Virus record (IMG/VR): IMGVR_UViG_3300044568_002423
DNA: 64,000 nucleotides
From: a virus
Strand: one strand, 5' to 3'
Shown: piece by piece, positions 59,101 through 64,000 of the stretch
Numbering within the stretch: the stretch's first letter is position 1
Layout: each line of letters starts with the position of its first letter
Notes under the pieces: model-generated
The model's database searches: none
Told to the model about the DNA's origin: nothing
What the model saw: only the letters and a program-made list of their open reading frames with translations
Program-made: the position numbers and the translations under genes

Positions 59101-62100
59101 CCAAAGTATGAACCAAAAATATATATCGATACTAGCTTAATTACACCTCGTACCATGATTCAAGGGCATGATGGCAGCCAAGTTTTGGCGTATGGCGATT
59201 ATCGAGATGATTTGATATTAGAATTAGAAAAACGAATTTACAACAACATAAAGGTAAAATATGATGATAGTATTTTTGATATTCATTCATTAATACCAAG
59301 TTACAACAGAAGCACTGATTATAGTTTAGCTGAATTCAATACCGTACTAGCTCCTAGCTTTTATAAATGGACGACTTTGATCGAGCAAGACTTTACCAAA
59401 CCGATGAGTTATGATAGTGCCAATTCATTTACCTTCAACTATCGTGGACATTCTGCGCCTGATGGTAGAGAAACTCCAGGATATTGGCGTGGGGTATATC
59501 GTTGGATATTGGATACAGATCGACCAAATATATGTCCATGGGAAATGTTGGGATTGAGCGAAGCACCATTTTGGTGGGAATCCGTATATGGGCCAGCTCC
59601 TTATACTAGTAATAATTTAATTTTGTGGAAGGATATCAGTGAAGGTGTATTGAAAGAACCTGGAAAACCTGTCGTATATTTGCCAAAATTTGCCAAGCCG
59701 TTTTTGATGCAACATATTCCAGTTGATGAAAATGGAAATATAAAAAGTCCACTTATGACTGATTTGGCCAATGGCATTATAACAGTTTCTACTACTGGTG
59801 ATTTTGTATTTGGTGATGTAAGCCCTATTGAGAATGCGTGGCGCCGTAGTTCACACTACCCATTCAGTGTATTACTTACTTCATTATTATTGACGCCCGC
59901 TAATACATTTGGATTGTTATTAGATAGATCACGTATAGTCAGGAATGTAACTGGGCAGTTAATATACAAGGATACTGGGTTACGAGTAACGCCATCATCA
60001 ATTAAACTACCTAATAGTCATGTCAGTACTGAAAGGATACAGACAGCTGGGATTATCAATTACATTACCAATTATATAATGAGTGATAATTTAACAACTT
60101 ATTCCTCTTACCAAACTGATTTATCTATGCTGACAATTCGACTGAGTCATCGGTTAGGATCCTTTACCAGTAAGGAGAAATTTAATTTAATATTGGATTC
60201 AAAAACTCCGTTATCATCCGGTAGTGTATTTGTCCCACCAGAAAATTACGATATAATTTTAAACAGTTCCAGTCCGGTTAAGAAAATTACCTATAGTGGC
60301 GTTATCATTACTAAATTGGCAGATGGATTTGAAGTTAAGGGGTATAGCAGAACTCATCCATATTTCAACTATTATTCCTGGGAACAATCTGGAATTAATA
60401 TTAACGTGGGTGGCATATCGGAGAGTTATATTAATTGGACTAATAACCAATATTATCCTTCTGGAAAAATAGTTAATTATAACAACAGATATTATAGAGT
60501 AAAAACTTCTCATACTAGTACGACAGAGTTCAATGAACAATACCATACAGTTTTATCTTCACTACCGGTGATTGGTGGGAAAGAAGCTATATTTAGAAAG
60601 CGTTGGGATAGAACTGCTGCGATAACCGTTCCATATAATACAAAATTTACCACAATACAGGACGTTGTTGATTTTCTTTTAGGATATGGGGAGTATTTAA
60701 AAGATCAGGGATTTGTTTTTGATGACTTTAACACAACTATGTCTCAAGTAACTAACTGGGAAACTTCAGCAAAAGAATTTTTATTTTGGACGACGCAGAA
60801 CTGGTCGTCTGGCGAAGATAAGTGGAATGAATGGATTCCTAACACCTTGGTGGTATTTGAAACAATTGTTCGATACAACGGTGATTATTATAAAGCAATT
60901 AGAAATTCTATGACGACCGACATCTTTAATGATGATGATTTCGTTAAATTAGATGGTCTTAGTTCGGTAGGAAGTTCTGTCATATCATTAAGTCCTGCTG
61001 CTAGTAAATTAACATTTAGTGCGCCATATAGTGTAGTGGATGATGTTACAAATCAGTTTAACGGATATGAAATCTATCGAGTAGATGGGCAGCCTATTGA
61101 ATATGATTTTTTGAATTCGTATCGTGAAGACAATAAGGTTAGTTATGCATCTGAAGGGAATGATGGAATATATGGTGCTAGTTTTTATCTAGTACAAAAA
61201 GAACAAATTGTCATTATTGATAATACTACTTTGTTTAACGATACTATATATCATCCAGAAAGTGGTTATAAACAGGACCGAATTAAAGTAGCGGGATATG
61301 TAAGTACAAATTGGTATGGTGCGTTTGATGTGCCGGGCTTTATTTTTGATCAAGCACACATCAGCCGTTGGAGTTCATGGGTTGGGTATGACCTTGGAGA
61401 CATTGTGCAGTATAAGGAATTTTATTACAGCGCAAGTAAAGTCCTACCAGGGGCGGAATCGTTTGTTTCAACTGATTGGATAAGGTTATCTAAAAAACCA
61501 ACCGCTCAGCTCTTACCAAACTGGAATTATAAAGCGGGACAATTTGAAGATTTTTATAGTTTAGATAGTGATAACTTTGATGTCAATCAACAGAAGATGG
61601 CACAGCATTTAATCGGCTATCAAAAACGACAATATTTGGAAAATATCATACAAGATGATGTTAGTGAGTTTAAGTTCTATCAAGGAATGATAATCGAAAA
61701 AGGAACGCAGAATGTTTTCAATAAACTATTTGATGTCCTGAGTGCTGAAAATGAAGAGAGTTTAACATTTTATGAAGAATGGGCATTGCGAGTTGGACAA
61801 TATGGTGCAAATGCCGCATATGAAAACATCGAGTTTATCTTGGACGAGAGTGAGTTTAAAAATAATCCACAGGGATTTGAACTAGTAAGCTCTATAGACA
61901 GATCTAAAGTTGATTTCATATCTAGACAAACATCAAATGACGTGTACTTGAAACCAATCGGGTATGATTCTAATCCTTGGCCGCTTTTAAAAAATGATGT
62001 TTCATATTTAAGATCAGCCGGGTATGTTAGATCCGATGAAGTTCTAATGAGTTTGAAATCAATGAGTGATATTTTAACACAGGATATTTCTCAGTTTTCC

Positions 62101-64000
62101 ACTGGTGATTATGTATGGTGTACATTTGATGCTGCTGGGTGGAATGTGTATAGGTACACGGATGCCAATATCGTTGTTACTGATATAACTTACGATAACA
62201 TTAATTTGACTATAACTACCGATAGCTCGATATTTCTAGAAGTTGGTTCATATATTGGTATAACCCAGGTCACTGGTTTTTCTGGATTTTATGAAATAAT
62301 TTCTGTATCGATGAATATCATGGTAGTTGCTGCATCTGGTATAACTGTGCCAAATCCATTTATTGAGCAAGATGTAGTTATAATTCATACTTTTACTAGT
62401 CAGCGTGCTGCGACCATGGATATAATTGATTCAGTATTGCCAAATAGATTAAAAGAAAATGAAATGTTATGGACCGATGACAATGGTAGTGGACAATGGG
62501 CATCATGGGTCTATTCTCCTGTTTATATTAACAGTACAGTTATTAATCCTGTTCCTGAAGTCTCATTAAATTTTGGAAAATACGTTCAACTTAACAATAC
62601 TGGGAATTTATTAGCTGTATCTACGTCGTTAGGTCAGGTAGTCATTTATGATAAAGCAGGTACTATTAATCCTTGGATCAAACGCCAAACAATAGATGCT
62701 CCTATTATTAAATTAGCTGATAGTTATAATTTACCGAACAATCTGGCAACATCTATCGCGCTATCATTGGATAATCGCTGGCTAGCCACAGGATCTCCGA
62801 TAACTGGACGAGCATCGTATAGTACCAATGGACAGTTAAACGTAGTTGATATTGCCGAGGTGGCATCAACAATCGTAAATCACGGAGTAATATCCATATA
62901 TGAAAAAGATGTTAATAACGTCTACACATTAGTTAATACTATACTGAGTCCAGTACCAGTTCAAGATGAGCTATTTGGTTCTAGTTTGGCATTTGGTAAT
63001 GATGCGTTGTATGTTGGGTCAACCGGCGGTAATGGTAAGATTTATAAGTTGTTATATTCACCAACCGTTTATGCATCGGCTAATTACAATCCAGTTGGAA
63101 GTACTGGTACGACTGTACATTTAAGCAGCATTACTGATATTATTGCTGGAATGACGATATCGGGAATTGGATTTACCCTAGGTCAAGTAGTAACATACGT
63201 TAACAGTGTTGCTAAAACCATTCTGGTAAGTGCTGAACCTGACTCTATTCCCAGTGGAGTTTTAACATTTAGTACTACAGAGTGGAAATATGATTTAACT
63301 AGTACTAAAACTGGGGTTACCACGAATAGCGGATATGGTAGTAAGTTGGATATCAGCAAGGACGGAAATGTTTTGATGTCGGCTGCTCCTGGCTCGGTTT
63401 CATTAGTTGGAAAAGTATTTGTTTATAAAGCTGATAGTTTGGTACAAACTATTACTGGAGGTAATTCATTTTTTGGTAAGAGTATTACTATTTCGGACAC
63501 TGGTTCTTATATTGCTATTTCTGACATATTAGCCGATGGTATTAGGAATAATCAGGGGAATGTCTCTGTTTATATCAACAACGGAACACAGTATGAAATT
63601 TTTCAATCACTGGTAATTAAAAATCCAGAAGTATCTCAATATTTTGGTAGCAATATATCTTTCACTAATGATTACAAAACGTTAGTGGTTTATAGTCCAT
63701 TGGCAGACACTGAGAATTACTGGGTGGTTGACGATGAAACTACCTTTGATGAAAGTACAACAAAATTCTTACTACAAGAAAACATCGACAGTGGTCGTAT
63801 TGATGTCTATAACCAATATGCATCTAAATGGGTGTTTAGTGAAAGCTTGTCGACTAGTAATACCGCTAATGATGGGTATGGATATAGCATGGCAGTTGGT
63901 TCAAATAGCATCATAATAAGTGCCCCATATGCCACAAATGTGTCATCACAATCCGGCTTAGTTTATGAATATAACAAGACTTCTAACACATACAGTTGGA
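56161..64000 (+). CDS. Very large baseplate-associated protein (gp7-like position), partial, more than 2600 aa, runs off the window
   Basis: ATG overlaps the gp6 stop (TAATG) and reads MADSTNPNASNNTASNFLPRIYRTDANKKFLQATL. In-frame reads at the start, middle and end are open. CBM-like and FG-GAP-like repeats. Confidence 0.85.
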   Translation, partial: MADSTNPNASNNTASNFLPRIYRTDANKKFLQATLEQLIQPGTVQKINGYIGRRNAKAATGDDIFIAAVDAARQNYQLEPGLIVQDTLNNTTFFKDYIDYINQTEVFGGDVSNHARLNKQEFYSWDPHIDWDKFVNFQNYYWLPYGPDTITIYGQRDKIESTYTVVVETEGDSNQYLLTPNGLTRNPTLTLYKGHTYKFEITSLGNPFSIKTHRSSGSNDRYSNYGLDGVAVEQGTITFTVPHDAPSVLYYQSENDTDLGGVIHVLSINDNSHIDVTVEILGKKTYKLADGTQLSNGMKVEFGGNVVPVEYATGKYYVEGVGTAIKLINTNVLELVGAYTTSESILFDSTPFDKSPFSDATAFAGTPDYLLINRASRDHNPWSRYNRWFHKDTIEVSATLNGNVPTLDQSARATRAIIEFEADLKLYNFGNTAIADVDLIDTFTTDVFSTIEGSIGYNIDGINLIQGQRILFTADTDIFVKNKIYQVEFIDVTHTSINGQISPRQIHLTEVSEPVMNQCVLIHQGVKNQGEMFWYTGSTWQLSQQKTALNQAPLFDVVDSSGISFGNTDYYYGSTFNGTKIFSYKIGNGGNDSALGLPLTYKNINNVGDIVFNFNLITDIFRYKDLTTVIDKVIDVGYLIKYDYAGNTTYVNGWQTNTLPQSQAAIRIYKSSGKTNNFDIDIFDNVHELDDLIVKVYINGIRLASTKWDVVDGPIYKKVVLLTDISSTDILTIRAFSAQTINSNGFYEIPINLQNNPLNNSMGDFTLGEVLDHVTTIVDNIETLVGEFPGSSNLRDLGNVTQYGTRFVQHSGPASLSIYHMTSDTNNVIRAVEKSRDDYNNFKRRFTSVSSTLGIDTDVATHVNLVLQEMNKDKPNNAPYYFSDMVPCGANIKTVLTVVDYRIKTYPLTSVFNLDELSNQAVIVYVNDTQLMYGRDYTFSSQGFIVVSATLQNDDTITIFEYENTDGCFVPETPTKLGIWPKYEPKIYIDTSLITPRTMIQGHDGSQVLAYGDYRDDLILELEKRIYNNIKVKYDDSIFDIHSLIPSYNRSTDYSLAEFNTVLAPSFYKWTTLIEQDFTKPMSYDSANSFTFNYRGHSAPDGRETPGYWRGVYRWILDTDRPNICPWEMLGLSEAPFWWESVYGPAPYTSNNLILWKDISEGVLKEPGKPVVYLPKFAKPFLMQHIPVDENGNIKSPLMTDLANGIITVSTTGDFVFGDVSPIENAWRRSSHYPFSVLLTSLLLTPANTFGLLLDRSRIVRNVTGQLIYKDTGLRVTPSSIKLPNSHVSTERIQTAGIINYITNYIMSDNLTTYSSYQTDLSMLTIRLSHRLGSFTSKEKFNLILDSKTPLSSGSVFVPPENYDIILNSSSPVKKITYSGVIITKLADGFEVKGYSRTHPYFNYYSWEQSGININVGGISESYINWTNNQYYPSGKIVNYNNRYYRVKTSHTSTTEFNEQYHTVLSSLPVIGGKEAIFRKRWDRTAAITVPYNTKFTTIQDVVDFLLGYGEYLKDQGFVFDDFNTTMSQVTNWETSAKEFLFWTTQNWSSGEDKWNEWIPNTLVVFETIVRYNGDYYKAIRNSMTTDIFNDDDFVKLDGLSSVGSSVISLSPAASKLTFSAPYSVVDDVTNQFNGYEIYRVDGQPIEYDFLNSYREDNKVSYASEGNDGIYGASFYLVQKEQIVIIDNTTLFNDTIYHPESGYKQDRIKVAGYVSTNWYGAFDVPGFIFDQAHISRWSSWVGYDLGDIVQYKEFYYSASKVLPGAESFVSTDWIRLSKKPTAQLLPNWNYKAGQFEDFYSLDSDNFDVNQQKMAQHLIGYQKRQYLENIIQDDVSEFKFYQGMIIEKGTQNVFNKLFDVLSAENEESLTFYEEWALRVGQYGANAAYENIEFILDESEFKNNPQGFELVSSIDRSKVDFISRQTSNDVYLKPIGYDSNPWPLLKNDVSYLRSAGYVRSDEVLMSLKSMSDILTQDISQFSTGDYVWCTFDAAGWNVYRYTDANIVVTDITYDNINLTITTDSSIFLEVGSYIGITQVTGFSGFYEIISVSMNIMVVAASGITVPNPFIEQDVVIIHTFTSQRAATMDIIDSVLPNRLKENEMLWTDDNGSGQWASWVYSPVYINSTVINPVPEVSLNFGKYVQLNNTGNLLAVSTSLGQVVIYDKAGTINPWIKRQTIDAPIIKLADSYNLPNNLATSIALSLDNRWLATGSPITGRASYSTNGQLNVVDIAEVASTIVNHGVISIYEKDVNNVYTLVNTILSPVPVQDELFGSSLAFGNDALYVGSTGGNGKIYKLLYSPTVYASANYNPVGSTGTTVHLSSITDIIAGMTISGIGFTLGQVVTYVNSVAKTILVSAEPDSIPSGVLTFSTTEWKYDLTSTKTGVTTNSGYGSKLDISKDGNVLMSAAPGSVSLVGKVFVYKADSLVQTITGGNSFFGKSITISDTGSYIAISDILADGIRNNQGNVSVYINNGTQYEIFQSLVIKNPEVSQYFGSNISFTNDYKTLVVYSPLADTENYWVVDDETTFDESTTKFLLQENIDSGRIDVYNQYASKWVFSESLSTSNTANDGYGYSMAVGSNSIIISAPYATNVSSQSGLVYEYNKTSNTYSW

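Noticed and set aside
1-64000. Stop-codon reassignment
   Set aside because: Conserved genes are full length in the standard code, and TAA, TGA and TAG all occur as stops at gene ends.

Overview
This 64 kb window is an AT-rich segment of a large T4-like (myovirus-type) phage genome in the standard genetic code. The minus strand from 39940 to 6 carries a tape-measure-like gene, the head module (portal gp20, two small core proteins, prohead protease gp21, scaffold gp22, major capsid gp23) and an HNH homing endonuclease. It then carries about 31 kb of modular virion/fibre genes built from three paralog pairs, including 2758-aa and 3677-aa proteins. The central region has a gp26/gp51-like pair joined by a candidate -1 frameshift site, a late membrane protein and a roughly 500-bp highly structured non-coding region. 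It also has a Holliday-junction-resolvase-like nuclease and the gp55-gp47-gp46 cluster, with two exact sigma70 consensus promoters. The plus strand from 47101 is a baseplate operon (tube initiator, gp53, hub, gp5-like spike, gp25, gp6) ending in an ORF of more than 2600 codons that runs off the window and is missing from the supplied ORF track. T4-type late promoters ((T)ATAAATA) precede most structural units. The best novelty candidates are (1) the pseudoknot-rich ncRNA or origin element at about 41915-42390, (2) the frameshift at 40809-40815 and (3) two structured 5' leaders in front of structural genes. All protein calls rest on motif recognition and synteny; no database searches were run.
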